Virus record (IMG/VR): IMGVR_UViG_3300045988_113203
Coordinates: 1-64,000 of that record
DNA length: 64,000 nt
Source of the DNA: a virus
Reading direction: 5' to 3' (one strand)
The notes beneath the pieces were generated by a model. It was not told the DNA's origin and made no database searches. It worked only from the letters and a program-made list of their open reading frames with translations. Both the position numbers and the translations under genes were made by a program. Every line of letters starts with the position of its first letter. Within the stretch, counting starts at the first letter, position 1. Shown piece after piece: positions 27,856 to 37,197 of this stretch.

Positions 27856-28458
27856 ATGAGACTGACAGTAGAAGAAAACGAATACCTGATAAGTAAGTTC
27901 CTTTTGGTTCTTACTGAATTTGCAGGGGATGAAAGAGAGATGTTTTTAATCAACTCCATACATGATAAGGCGGTGGCGGATATGAATTATCGTCTTCCGT
28001 CTTTAATAAGCAGAGAACGTAAAAGACGAGTTATTGAGCTCCTTAAAGAAGGAACCAGAATAATCAAGGACTTTTCCGGCTATGCAGGTGATATGGGTAT
28101 GATTAACGAATACGATCGCCTAAAGAAAGAAATAGGAACCGTCCAAGACCAGCTTGGTGACGTAGAAGGTCAACTTCGGGCAGCAGGAGAAGTTATTAAA
28201 AAAGAACTTGATATGATTGCTGACCGAATCAAAGAAGATCTTCTTGACCGAGAGCTGGCCAAAAGTAATGCCGAGGCCGAAAGAAAAGCCAAAGTAGATC
28301 CGAGATACGAAGTAGCTTTAGGTGATTACAAGGAGATGCTGGAAGTGATTTTTACAACCAGAAACAAGTATTCTACGGTAGATTCTGTACATGACGATCT
28401 TCGACAGTCGGTATCTACCGGTAGAAATTCGATTATTAAAGAAGGGTACAACAGTTAA
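27856..28458 (+). CDS. Hypothetical coiled-coil protein (200 aa)
   Basis: ORF. Confidence 0.5.
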   Translation: MRLTVEENEYLISKFLLVLTEFAGDEREMFLINSIHDKAVADMNYRLPSLISRERKRRVIELLKEGTRIIKDFSGYAGDMGMINEYDRLKKEIGTVQDQLGDVEGQLRAAGEVIKKELDMIADRIKEDLLDRELAKSNAEAERKAKVDPRYEVALGDYKEMLEVIFTTRNKYSTVDSVHDDLRQSVSTGRNSIIKEGYNS

Positions 28459-28473
28459 AAACAAGGAGGAAAT

Positions 28474-28671
28474 ATGGAAAAGAAGGAATTTAAAGTAGGA
28501 GAAGTATTTACTGCCGGACTTGTAAGATTAAAATGTGTGGAAGGTGATACATGCGATAGGTGTATATTCGAAGATTACGATTCTTGTTCATGTACAGACA
28601 TAATTATTGGTCTATGTGGACATGTTGATAGACAAGATAACAAGAATGTTATTTTTATTAAAGCTGATTAG
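28474..28671 (+). CDS. Hypothetical Cys-rich protein (65 aa)
   Basis: Shine-Dalgarno AAGGAGG followed by ATG. Confidence 0.5.
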   Translation: MEKKEFKVGEVFTAGLVRLKCVEGDTCDRCIFEDYDSCSCTDIIIGLCGHVDRQDNKNVIFIKAD

Positions 28672-28673
28672 GC

Positions 28674-29387
28674 ATGTACATCAATTTCAGACAACTTGCA
28701 TCATCAGACATGACTCCTAATGATCTTGCTAATCTTCTTGCCATAAGACAGAAGGATTCGGTTATGATCGAAGCCATGCCGGAAGAAGATGCTGGTAGAT
28801 ATATAGAACTTGGCCTGGTTGAGAAATTAAAATCAGGCGTGATGAGATTAACCAACAAAGGAACGTCTTTTGTAAATTATATAGAGACACCGGAAATGAC
28901 AGACGAGGTTCTGGAAACGTTGAAGATTATGATAGGAATGTACGAATCATATTCAAAAGACATAGGTGTCAGTAGAAAAGAAGCGGAATCCAGATTGTGT
29001 TGGTTTATGGGTAACACCTCATTTAAGAAAGAGGTCATACTTCAGGTAACGGAATCTTATATAGCAGAGTCAGGAGATTATACAATGAGCTTATGTAACT
29101 TTATATGGAAACCGCCTTCTCAGGTTTTTTCAGTCCATATGAACCTTAAAAACTCAAAGCTCTTCGACTTAATAGCTGAAAAATTCAAGATCGCTACCGA
29201 GCCTTATTTGGAGTCTAAGAAGAATAAGGAAATGGATTGGTTGTTTGCCGTATCTAAATTGCCTACGCCGCCGGCTAAAGGCAATCCGGATTATTTGTTT
29301 ACCGGAAGTTCTGAAACAGACAAAGAGAGATTGAAAAACATAAAAACGTATTTATTTAACAAAATTAGAAAGCAATGGAAAAAGTAG
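28674..29387 (+). CDS. Hypothetical protein (237 aa)
   Basis: ORF. Confidence 0.55.
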   Translation: MYINFRQLASSDMTPNDLANLLAIRQKDSVMIEAMPEEDAGRYIELGLVEKLKSGVMRLTNKGTSFVNYIETPEMTDEVLETLKIMIGMYESYSKDIGVSRKEAESRLCWFMGNTSFKKEVILQVTESYIAESGDYTMSLCNFIWKPPSQVFSVHMNLKNSKLFDLIAEKFKIATEPYLESKKNKEMDWLFAVSKLPTPPAKGNPDYLFTGSSETDKERLKNIKTYLFNKIRKQWKK

Positions 29388-29626
29388 AAATCAGAAAGAT
29401 TATAGAGGATATAATTATTACTCAGTTTCTTAATTCAGAAATGGATATAGTTCATGAAGAAGATGTGACGTTTAAAGAACTTGGATTAGATTCTCTTGAT
29501 CAAATTGAACTTGAAATGATGGTGGAACAAAAATTCAATATTGTTATTATTGATTATGATATGGAGACCATCAAAGATATGACTGATCTTGTTTACAAAA
29601 TAATAACAGAAGGATATGGGAAGTGA
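29375..29626 (+). CDS. acpP: Acyl carrier protein (83 aa), with the phosphopantetheine-attachment motif LGLDSLDQIELEMMVEQKF
   Basis: The whole sequence aligns by eye to bacterial ACP. Residues E-L-G-(A/L)-D-S-L-D precede a four-helix-compatible pattern. Confidence 0.8.
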   Translation: MEKVEIRKIIEDIIITQFLNSEMDIVHEEDVTFKELGLDSLDQIELEMMVEQKFNIVIIDYDMETIKDMTDLVYKIITEGYGK

Positions 29627-30110
29627 TATAATTTTATGCATGGCTTTAATAGCGTCATTTGCTTTTGTTATACAGTTTTTGTTGTCGATATTAGGATCTG
29701 ATCTGGATACGGATATTGACATTGACAGTGCTTCTGATTTAAGCATGTCTTTGTCGGACATCATATCATTCAAGGGCATAACACATTTCATTCTTGGATA
29801 TAGCTGGACTACTTACTTTTCGGGTTCCCATTTAGTAGGGGTTGTGATAGGGTCGTTTTTCTTTATCGTTTTGTTTTACGTATATAAGTTACTTCTTAAG
29901 TTAAAACAAGAAATGGCGTACGAATGTCCGGAAGATTTGAATGGCAGAGAGGTGGAGATAGTATTTAGATCAGGGAAGAACCATTATATGGTAAATATTT
30001 CGAAAAATGGAAGACAGGAGCAAATGAGAGTAAGATGCTTGTCTGGAAAAACTTACAAAAACGGTGACAAGGTGAATATAAAATATGAAGAAGGAGAATT
30101 AAGTATCTAA
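29616..30110 (+). CDS. NfeD-like membrane protein (164 aa). N-terminal transmembrane helices plus a C-terminal OB-fold-like beta domain, as in YuaF/YqiJ.
   Basis: Hydrophobic N-terminal half. The C-terminal EVEIVFRSGKNHYMVNI...RVRCLSGKTYKNGDKVNI matches the NfeD short-form pattern. Sits immediately upstream of an SPFH gene, as in bacterial operons. Confidence 0.6.
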   Translation: MGSDIILCMALIASFAFVIQFLLSILGSDLDTDIDIDSASDLSMSLSDIISFKGITHFILGYSWTTYFSGSHLVGVVIGSFFFIVLFYVYKLLLKLKQEMAYECPEDLNGREVEIVFRSGKNHYMVNISKNGRQEQMRVRCLSGKTYKNGDKVNIKYEEGELSI

Positions 30111-30143
30111 TTTTTTTTTATCAACAATTAAATTTTAAAAGTT

Positions 30144-31844
30144 ATGACAACAATCATGTACGTGTCAGCTATCTTAGCTGTAGTGATTATTTTAACAATC
30201 ATCGGAGTCTTATCAAGGTATCGTAGATGTAAGCCTAATCAGGTCTTGGTCGTTTATGGTAAGACAGGTGGGGAAAAGAAATCGGCGAAATTATATCATG
30301 GTGGAGCGGCATTCGTCTTGCCTATTATTCAAAGCTATGATGTTTTGTCAATGGAGCCTATGCAAATAGATTGCAAGCTTACCGGTGCTTTGTCATCTCA
30401 GAATATTAGAGTAGATGTACCTACAACCATTACAGTAGCTATCAGTACAAATCCCGAAATCATGCAAAATGCGGCAGAAAGACTTTTGGGGATGGATACC
30501 GAATCTACTGAAAATCTTATTACGGACATCGTTTACGGTCAGATGCGTTTGATTATTGCTGAAATGACAATCGAAAAACTTAATTCTGACAGGGATGAGT
30601 TTTTGGATAAGGCAAGAAAGAACATTGATAACGAGCTTAACAAGTTAGGTCTTTACCTCCTGAACATCAACATCAGTGACATTAGAGACGAAGCCGGTTA
30701 TATTATGAACCTTGGTAAGGAAGCTGAAAGTAGGGCTCTGAACGAGGCACAGGCTAATATCGAAGAACAGGAGAAGCTGGGTGCTATTAAGATTGCTGTA
30801 CAGCAGAAGGAGAAAGAAACGGCTGTGGCTAATACCAAAAAAGAACAAGAGATTCAAATTGCTTGTACTGAAAAAGAAAAGGAAACGATAGTAGCTGAAA
30901 CGAAGAAAGAAAAAGAAATAGCTTTAGCTTTAACCGATAAAGAGAAACAGATCGGTGTAGCTCAAGCAGATAGAGACAGGGCTGCGGTTATCGCAAAAAC
31001 TTTAACCGACAAGGAATCGGCGATCGTAAGATCTAAGGCAGAACTTGAAGTAAATAAAGCCGAGGCTGAAAGGATGGAAGAAGTCGGAAAGAATAAGGCT
31101 GAAGCTGACAAGGAAGCAGCTATAGCAATACAAGACTCTGAAGCTCAGATTAAGAAGGCTGAGGCTGAGAAAAATGCGTCTATAGGATACAACAATGCCC
31201 AGAAGGAGGTTGCTGTGTCAGTATCAGAACTACAGATTATCAAAGCTCAATCAGAAAAGAAGGCCGGAGAAGAAAAAGTTAAATCGGAAGCGGCTGTAAA
31301 AACGGCAAAAGAGCTTGCTGATAAAGAAGTGGAAGAAGCTAAGGCTAAGAAAGTTCAGGCTGCGCTTAAGGCTGAAAAGATTGTGCCGGCTGAAACCCAG
31401 AAGGAAGAGGCTATATTACAAGCTGATGCTGAGGCCGAGAAGATCAAACGCCGGGCTGAGGCTGAGGCAGCAGCACATTTGGCAAAAGCTGAGGCAGAGG
31501 CAAAGGCTATTCAGATGAAGCTGGAGGCAGAAGCCGAAGGTAAGAAAAAGTCGTTAATGGCAGAAGCCGACGGATTTAAGGCTATGGTGGAAGCAGCAGA
31601 ATCCAATCCTCAGATCGCCATTCAGTACAAGATGGTTAATCAGTGGAAAGAAATTGCTGGAGAACAGGTTAAGGCGTTCGAGCACATCAATCTCGGAAAT
31701 ATCACGGTATTTGACGGTGGTCAAAACAGCACCGGTAATTTCCTTAACAATGTTGTCAAGACCGTCGCTCCGGCATTGGGAGTCATTGATCAGCTTCCGA
31801 TTGCAGATACTTTAAAGAAATTAAAAGGAGATGACAAAAAATAA
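30144..31844 (+). CDS. Flotillin-like SPFH/band-7 protein (566 aa). N-terminal transmembrane helix, SPFH domain, long EA/KE-rich coiled coil and a flotillin C-terminal region.
   Basis: Architecture and sequence resemble bacterial FloT/YqiK. Relevant segments include IDCKLTGALSSQNIRVDV... and IAEMTIEKLNSDRDEF. Confidence 0.8.
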   Translation: MTTIMYVSAILAVVIILTIIGVLSRYRRCKPNQVLVVYGKTGGEKKSAKLYHGGAAFVLPIIQSYDVLSMEPMQIDCKLTGALSSQNIRVDVPTTITVAISTNPEIMQNAAERLLGMDTESTENLITDIVYGQMRLIIAEMTIEKLNSDRDEFLDKARKNIDNELNKLGLYLLNINISDIRDEAGYIMNLGKEAESRALNEAQANIEEQEKLGAIKIAVQQKEKETAVANTKKEQEIQIACTEKEKETIVAETKKEKEIALALTDKEKQIGVAQADRDRAAVIAKTLTDKESAIVRSKAELEVNKAEAERMEEVGKNKAEADKEAAIAIQDSEAQIKKAEAEKNASIGYNNAQKEVAVSVSELQIIKAQSEKKAGEEKVKSEAAVKTAKELADKEVEEAKAKKVQAALKAEKIVPAETQKEEAILQADAEAEKIKRRAEAEAAAHLAKAEAEAKAIQMKLEAEAEGKKKSLMAEADGFKAMVEAAESNPQIAIQYKMVNQWKEIAGEQVKAFEHINLGNITVFDGGQNSTGNFLNNVVKTVAPALGVIDQLPIADTLKKLKGDDKK

Positions 31845-31851
31845 ATACAAT

Positions 31852-31873
31852 GGCCCAAGGTTACACTTGGGCC
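31852..31873 (+). terminator. Hairpin GGCCCAAG-GTTACA-CTTGGGCC directly after the flotillin stop codon
   Basis: 8-bp GC stem. The downstream U-tract is weak. Confidence 0.4.
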
Positions 31874-32058
31874 TAATTGAAGAAATAAAAGCAGCATTCA
31901 TAGATTTCCTGCCTGCGGGAACAGTGATTTTAAGTGCTTTACTAATTACGATATTTTTAACATGGATTTTGGACAAGATTTAGAACCAGAAGAACTGACC
32001 AAGCATTATGATCAGTGTTATGGAATTGATTTTGAAACAGAAGAAGAGGAGGATGAAG

Positions 32059-32367
32059 AGTATGACTGATGAGGAATTTGTATTGGATAATAAGAAAAAG
32101 GTTGTTGTAAGAAAAAGAATATCTTATTTAAGCAAAGGTGATAAAGTGTGGATCGTGTCTTCCGACGGGTATCTACTACACACGGACGTAGTTAGAGCCG
32201 ACCGGGGCCGATCTTATGTGGATATAGACGGGATACTGTATTGGAAGCGAGGATTAGATGGCAAACATCGTAATCGTAATAACTACATGCAGTTTGCCAT
32301 GACACCAGAAGACGGTAAGAAGTATGTCGTATATTACCCGGAAGGATTTAAAGACAATGACTTATGA
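32059..32367 (+). CDS. Hypothetical protein (about 102 aa; start at MTDEEF)
   Basis: Shine-Dalgarno GAGGAGGA upstream of the internal ATG. The longer ORF-track start is rejected. Confidence 0.5.
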   Translation, partial: SMTDEEFVLDNKKKVVVRKRISYLSKGDKVWIVSSDGYLLHTDVVRADRGRSYVDIDGILYWKRGLDGKHRNRNNYMQFAMTPEDGKKYVVYYPEGFKDNDL

Positions 32368-33383
32368 TGGTCCCAGAAACGCATTTGCTATATAAGGAGT
32401 TTAATGGTGTGAAACGTCTTGCCATTTCTTATTCCCAGATAGATACGTTTCTTACTTGTCCAATGAAATGGTATAAGACTTACGTAGAGGGCAAAAGGTC
32501 TACAGAAAAACAAGAAGCTACGTCTTATGGTACGGTTATTCATAAGACACTGGAATACTTCTTCAAGAACGGAAGGCAGCCTTCTGGCAAAGACCTTGGA
32601 GAAGCAATAAGTTACTATGCTTACCAAGAAGACATACCTTGGCTATCACCGGAAAATATGATGATAGCCATGAAACAATCTGGGGAGCTTCTTGCTTGGA
32701 TTGTGGATCTGTTTAAAAAAGACGGGAATAGGTTTATGATAGCTGATAGTGATCTTAATCCCTGTGAGAAACTTATCAGACACGGCGCTATAGTTGGAGT
32801 CGAAGAAGATTTTGTGCTGCCGTACCGTCTTCCTAAGCCTGTTGATATAAATGGGGTAATTCATACCCATGTGTACATAGTAGGATCAGTGGATCTTCAT
32901 CTGGCTATAAAAAGCAAGAACGTAGTTCACCATTATGTCATAGATTGGAAATCAGGAAATAAGGTTTTTGATTCTAAGAAGCTGGAAACAAATTTACAGC
33001 ATCCTATATATTCATTTTACATCTATAGAAGATATGGTGGGGTTCTACCAGATATGAACATCTATTTCTTTACCAGGACCAGGCAGTACCAAAAGGTTAA
33101 GGTAGATGAAGAGCGTAAAACAAAATCTATAGAAATGCTAAATGACACTTTATCTAAAATGTATGATTTTGAAGATAATAGTGTAAAATCATTTCAAGCG
33201 TACATCCAGGGAGCAGAAGGAGCCAGGTATAGCAAGCGGCGTGCCACCCTAAGCCAGCCTGTTCCGCAAAACAAGCTGCCCTGCCCGTCGGCACTGTGTT
33301 ATTATTGTGACTTTGGATTACATAACAAAAACGAATGCCCTTTCTCTTCAGATTGGGATCCGTCTAAAAAGATAAAACGATGA
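32364..33383 (+). CDS. Cas4/RecB-like PD-(D/E)xK exonuclease with a C-terminal Cys cluster (339 aa)
   Basis: N-terminal SYSQIDTFLTCPMKWYKTYV; motif III-like VIDWKSG. C-terminal CPSALCYYCDF...ECPF. Confidence 0.6.
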   Translation: MMVPETHLLYKEFNGVKRLAISYSQIDTFLTCPMKWYKTYVEGKRSTEKQEATSYGTVIHKTLEYFFKNGRQPSGKDLGEAISYYAYQEDIPWLSPENMMIAMKQSGELLAWIVDLFKKDGNRFMIADSDLNPCEKLIRHGAIVGVEEDFVLPYRLPKPVDINGVIHTHVYIVGSVDLHLAIKSKNVVHHYVIDWKSGNKVFDSKKLETNLQHPIYSFYIYRRYGGVLPDMNIYFFTRTRQYQKVKVDEERKTKSIEMLNDTLSKMYDFEDNSVKSFQAYIQGAEGARYSKRRATLSQPVPQNKLPCPSALCYYCDFGLHNKNECPFSSDWDPSKKIKR

Positions 33384-33553
33384 AATACGAGGATGTTCAA
33401 AAGTTAAGAACAAAATACCGGCAAGATCCGGAAGTTATAAACGTAGAATACATGAGAGATGTTGCTGTAAGATGCGGGAATTTCAAGAAAGCGTTTGAGC
33501 TTCAGGAAAGACTGGAGGATATATGGTTTAACTACTTAAAAGAGGTGCAATGA
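33380..33553 (+). CDS. Hypothetical small protein (57 aa), below the ORF-track cutoff
   Basis: ATGA overlaps at both ends link it to the flanking genes. Confidence 0.35.
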   Translation: MKYEDVQKLRTKYRQDPEVINVEYMRDVAVRCGNFKKAFELQERLEDIWFNYLKEVQ

Positions 33554-33864
33554 AAGAAGCATTGATAGCAGGAGCAGCGGTCTTTTTATTATCATACTTG
33601 TTTATAACGACTCTTATAAAAATAAGCAGGGCAATAGATCGGTATAAGATGAAGAAGAAGACCGACAAAATAAAAGTCGGTCAAAGATACGAATACGAAG
33701 GCTACTTCATGGATCCATTTGAAAGAGGCAAGCATGTGATTAAGATATTAGAAATAAAGGAAGGGTTCGCTCTGTACGAGTATGGAAAAAGCCCAAGTTT
33801 ATTATTTTCTATGGAGCTTGAAGATATTGTTAAAAGATATGTTTTAATTACTGATATAAAATAA
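33550..33864 (+). CDS. Hypothetical membrane-anchored protein (104 aa)
   Basis: N-terminal hydrophobic helix. Confidence 0.5.
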   Translation: MKEALIAGAAVFLLSYLFITTLIKISRAIDRYKMKKKTDKIKVGQRYEYEGYFMDPFERGKHVIKILEIKEGFALYEYGKSPSLLFSMELEDIVKRYVLITDIK

Positions 33865-33870
33865 GGGATT

Positions 33871-34257
33871 ATGGAAAAGAAAGTCACAATCAAAGAAGGA
33901 ATGGATATTTTTTACAAAAATGCAGGGAAAGGTATATGGGTCTATATTGGACTTTTTGGAAATAAAGTGCTATCCATTTTAAAAAACAAAGGTGTTATTG
34001 CATGCGAAAACGATGCTGAATATTGCGTGTTGATGGATGGAGAAGATCATTTTATAAGTATAGCAAAAGACATGAGTCACGACTATTGTTGTGAGTACGT
34101 TGTAGAAAGAGCAGAAGCCTACAGAGACTACCCCTCCAAAGGTGCTACATGCAGTGTATGCCTGTTTGAAGATAATGAGAATAAGGCAAGGGAGATGTTG
34201 AAAGAGGCGATAATAGAACTTTCAAAAAATAGTAAAATAGATTGCGATGGGCTTTGA
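33871..34257 (+). CDS. Hypothetical protein (128 aa)
   Basis: ORF. Confidence 0.5.
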   Translation: MEKKVTIKEGMDIFYKNAGKGIWVYIGLFGNKVLSILKNKGVIACENDAEYCVLMDGEDHFISIAKDMSHDYCCEYVVERAEAYRDYPSKGATCSVCLFEDNENKAREMLKEAIIELSKNSKIDCDGL

Positions 34258-35668
34258 ACTTAGACCTTATCAAAAAGAAGCAGTAGATGCCGGGCTTAAG
34301 TTTCTTACAGGAAGATCTAAGAAGTCTGGCATAATCGTAGCTCCATGCGGATGTGGAAAGAGCCTTCTGATATCCAAGATAGCACATGAAATAAATAGAC
34401 CGACATTAGTATTACAGCCCTCAAAAGAAATTCTGGAGCAGAATTATGCTAAGGCTGTATCGTTTGGCTCCAAACCTACTATATACTCTGCCTCATGTGG
34501 CGTAAAGGAATTATCGGCTATGACTTATGCTACACTTAAAAGCATAAAGAAAGACGTAGCAAGGTTGAAAGATATAGGGATAGACACCTTATTGGTGGAC
34601 GAATGCCACTCGGGGTATTCCCCGGAGGAAGGTTCTGAATTTATGGAGTTTATGAACGGGTTTCCAGAGGCGAAGGTGCTGGGCTTCACCGCCACTCCCT
34701 GCCGCCTCCGAACCTACAGCTCCATGCTGGAAGGAAACTACAGCAAGCTCAATATGCTGACGAAAGACGAACATAACTTCTTCAAGAAAATAGTTCATGT
34801 GACTCAAATACAAGAACTAACTTCTCAAGGGTTTTGGTGTCCACTTAAGTACGAACGATGGTCATTTGATGAATCGGCTCTGATGTTAAACAGCACCGGA
34901 GCCGAATACACCAACGAATCTATTAAAGAAAGTATTGTACGAAATGGCTTAAACAACTCTATCTACAAGCGCCTTCTTCAACTTATGAACGAACGTAAAG
35001 CCATTTTGGTCTGTATGGATTCTATCGAATCATGTAATAGAATATCAGAGTTCATGAATGCCAGGATGGGAGCCATAACCGGTGTCGTAACATCGCTAAC
35101 AACCAAAAAGAAAAGAGAGCAAATCATATCAGATTTCAAAGAAGGTAAGTTGAAGGTAGTTTTTAATTATTCAACGCTTGCTACCGGATTTGATTTTCCT
35201 GAACTTGATTGTGTGATGTTTGGTCGACCAACTTTCTCATATTCAACTTATTACCAAATATTAGGCCGCGCCGTCCGCATCCATCCTGACAAGAAAGAGG
35301 CGCTGATAGTTGATTGCTGCGACAACATGAGGCGTTTCGGTCGGATAGAAGACTTGACAATCGAACAATTCCCTTCTAAGGGCTGGTGTATGTTTGCCGG
35401 CGATCAACTTCTGTCCAATATAAGGATGGGTGATATTATTACCAAAGACGAGATCCTTCGCCGGGCAGCCTCGCTTAAATCTGTGAATGGAGATGGTAGG
35501 AGAGAGGACGATCTTGACAGTATAATAATGTGGTTTGGAAAATATGAAGGAATTAGATTCAAGGACATACCGGTGTCGTATTTTAGGTTCTTGGCTGAGA
35601 ATATGGCAGTAAAACCGGGAGATAGGAAAGAAAAGATTATCGAATATTATAATAGGATAAAAGCATGA
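34247..35668 (+). CDS. SF2 DExH-box DNA helicase (473 aa). Motif I is APCGCGKS, motif II is VDECH, motif III is TATP and motif VI is QILGRAVR.
   Basis: Helicase motifs in the correct order and spacing. Confidence 0.8.
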   Translation: MGFELRPYQKEAVDAGLKFLTGRSKKSGIIVAPCGCGKSLLISKIAHEINRPTLVLQPSKEILEQNYAKAVSFGSKPTIYSASCGVKELSAMTYATLKSIKKDVARLKDIGIDTLLVDECHSGYSPEEGSEFMEFMNGFPEAKVLGFTATPCRLRTYSSMLEGNYSKLNMLTKDEHNFFKKIVHVTQIQELTSQGFWCPLKYERWSFDESALMLNSTGAEYTNESIKESIVRNGLNNSIYKRLLQLMNERKAILVCMDSIESCNRISEFMNARMGAITGVVTSLTTKKKREQIISDFKEGKLKVVFNYSTLATGFDFPELDCVMFGRPTFSYSTYYQILGRAVRIHPDKKEALIVDCCDNMRRFGRIEDLTIEQFPSKGWCMFAGDQLLSNIRMGDIITKDEILRRAASLKSVNGDGRREDDLDSIIMWFGKYEGIRFKDIPVSYFRFLAENMAVKPGDRKEKIIEYYNRIKA

Positions 35669-36021
35669 ACAACAAGAGAAGAAAAAAAATATCAGATGTT
35701 ATCAAAAACGCAAATAAGTATAAAACAGATTTTGAATACATCAAATCAAAGTTATCGGAGTTAAAGCACAACATAAATTCAGCCAAAGATGATATTGATA
35801 TGATTTTAGATGAAGAGACGGAGGCGAGAGATAATATACCGGAATCGTTACAAGACTCAGAAAGATATTGGGAATCAGATCGGGCTGTAACTGATATGGA
35901 GGAGGTGGTTGATGACATGGAAGGCATTATAAATGATATAGATGATGTGATTTCAACCATAGATGGGAGCATTAAAACCATAAATGGTTCTATAAAAGTA
36001 AATTTAGAAGGAATAATGTGA
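35665..36021 (+). CDS. Hypothetical acidic protein (118 aa)
   Basis: ORF. Confidence 0.5.
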   Translation: MNNKRRKKISDVIKNANKYKTDFEYIKSKLSELKHNINSAKDDIDMILDEETEARDNIPESLQDSERYWESDRAVTDMEEVVDDMEGIINDIDDVISTIDGSIKTINGSIKVNLEGIM

Positions 36022-36053
36022 GTCTATAAAAACACTATAAGTAAAATTTAACA

Positions 36054-36118
36054 CAATACGCGTATTAAAGTTACACAATCTATATTTTTACGTCGTGTAA
36101 TTTTAATACAAGCGTATT
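36054..36118. promoter_or_regulatory. Long imperfect inverted repeat. The arms AATACGCGTATTAAAGTTACAC and GTGTAATTTTAATACAAGCGTATT flank a 19-nt spacer. The left arm begins with the 12-bp palindrome AATACGCGTATT.
   Basis: Read directly. Intergenic between genes 35665-36021 and 36140-36856. A T-rich stretch follows. Confidence 0.4.
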
Positions 36119-36139
36119 TTATTAAATAATTTAAAAGTT

Positions 36140-36856
36140 ATGATTTCTAAAGACAGGTTATTGTATGGAGTGGTAATCAGACAGGACATTAAAACTTCCT
36201 TTATGTCATTAACTGGATTACAAGAGGCATATACAAGAAAAAGAGTGGAGATGGGGTGGAATGATAAGAGAATAGAAAATATTCTTTCGAACAAGGAGAG
36301 TGCAGAAAGGATATTTTATATTCTTAAAAAACAGAAATACATAAAAAGTGAAACCTTGAAAGAGTTTATGGATATAGTGGAAAACAACTCTTTGATAAAA
36401 GTAATGAAGTGGTATAATGCCTATAAGACTACAGGAAGAGGAACAAACAGAAATGTTATGTGTGATCCCTACATATGGGTATTAGTCGCTATAGAATTAA
36501 ATCCTATGCTGTATGCAGAAGTTACTGGATGGTTAAATGATAAACTTATTTTGGATAGAATAGAGATAGGGGATAAATACAATACTCTTTCAAGGTCTGT
36601 ATCAAAATTTGAAGATGTTGATTATATAGAAATGGCTGATAAGTTAAACTGGATTGTATTCAATAAACATAAATATGTTTTAGATAACAGAGCAACTCAA
36701 GAGCAGTTAAAAGAACTTGAAATGCTTCAATCTAATCTTGCATTTTGTATAGAAATGGGAACCATCTCTTCTTTCTCTAATTTAATGAACATGATGAGAT
36801 CTATATATGTAAAGAAATGGGGAGAAGAGGCTGTAACTTCTAAAAACGTAAAATAA
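36140..36856 (+). CDS. Hypothetical protein (238 aa). Possibly a DNA-binding KilA-N/antirepressor-like N-terminus (very tentative).
   Basis: ORF only. Confidence 0.5.
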   Translation: MISKDRLLYGVVIRQDIKTSFMSLTGLQEAYTRKRVEMGWNDKRIENILSNKESAERIFYILKKQKYIKSETLKEFMDIVENNSLIKVMKWYNAYKTTGRGTNRNVMCDPYIWVLVAIELNPMLYAEVTGWLNDKLILDRIEIGDKYNTLSRSVSKFEDVDYIEMADKLNWIVFNKHKYVLDNRATQEQLKELEMLQSNLAFCIEMGTISSFSNLMNMMRSIYVKKWGEEAVTSKNVK

Positions 36857-36857
36857 T

Positions 36858-37145
36858 ATGGGAGTAAAAGAAATAAGAGAACTACTTAGACTCTACAATC
36901 TCGAACATAGTGTCGTCCAGAACAAAAACTCTGGGCGGTATTCTATTATTCTCCATAACAACATCATAGGAACGAACGTAGATGGAGAGAAGGTAGTTGT
37001 GTTCAGAACCATTCCGGATGGAAGCAATACGTTCTCTATGGAGCGAAATAGATTCTATGAGGGGTTTGTAGAGGCTTTTGATGACGATAAGGCGATTGAA
37101 GCCGTAAGACAATATTTTGAGAATAACAGGAATGATAGAGTGTAA
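36858..37145 (+). CDS. Hypothetical protein (95 aa)
   Basis: ORF. Confidence 0.5.
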   Translation: MGVKEIRELLRLYNLEHSVVQNKNSGRYSIILHNNIIGTNVDGEKVVVFRTIPDGSNTFSMERNRFYEGFVEAFDDDKAIEAVRQYFENNRNDRV

Positions 37146-37197
37146 GACGAAGATGGATTATATTACTATCGAAATGAGGTAAAACAACGATAAAACA

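Noticed and set aside
31315-31518. 67-aa Arg/Leu-rich ORF (MLIKKWKKLRLRKFRLRL...)
   Set aside because: Alternative frame of the flotillin coiled-coil region, where GCTGAGGCT repeats read as RLRL. Artefact of the repeat.
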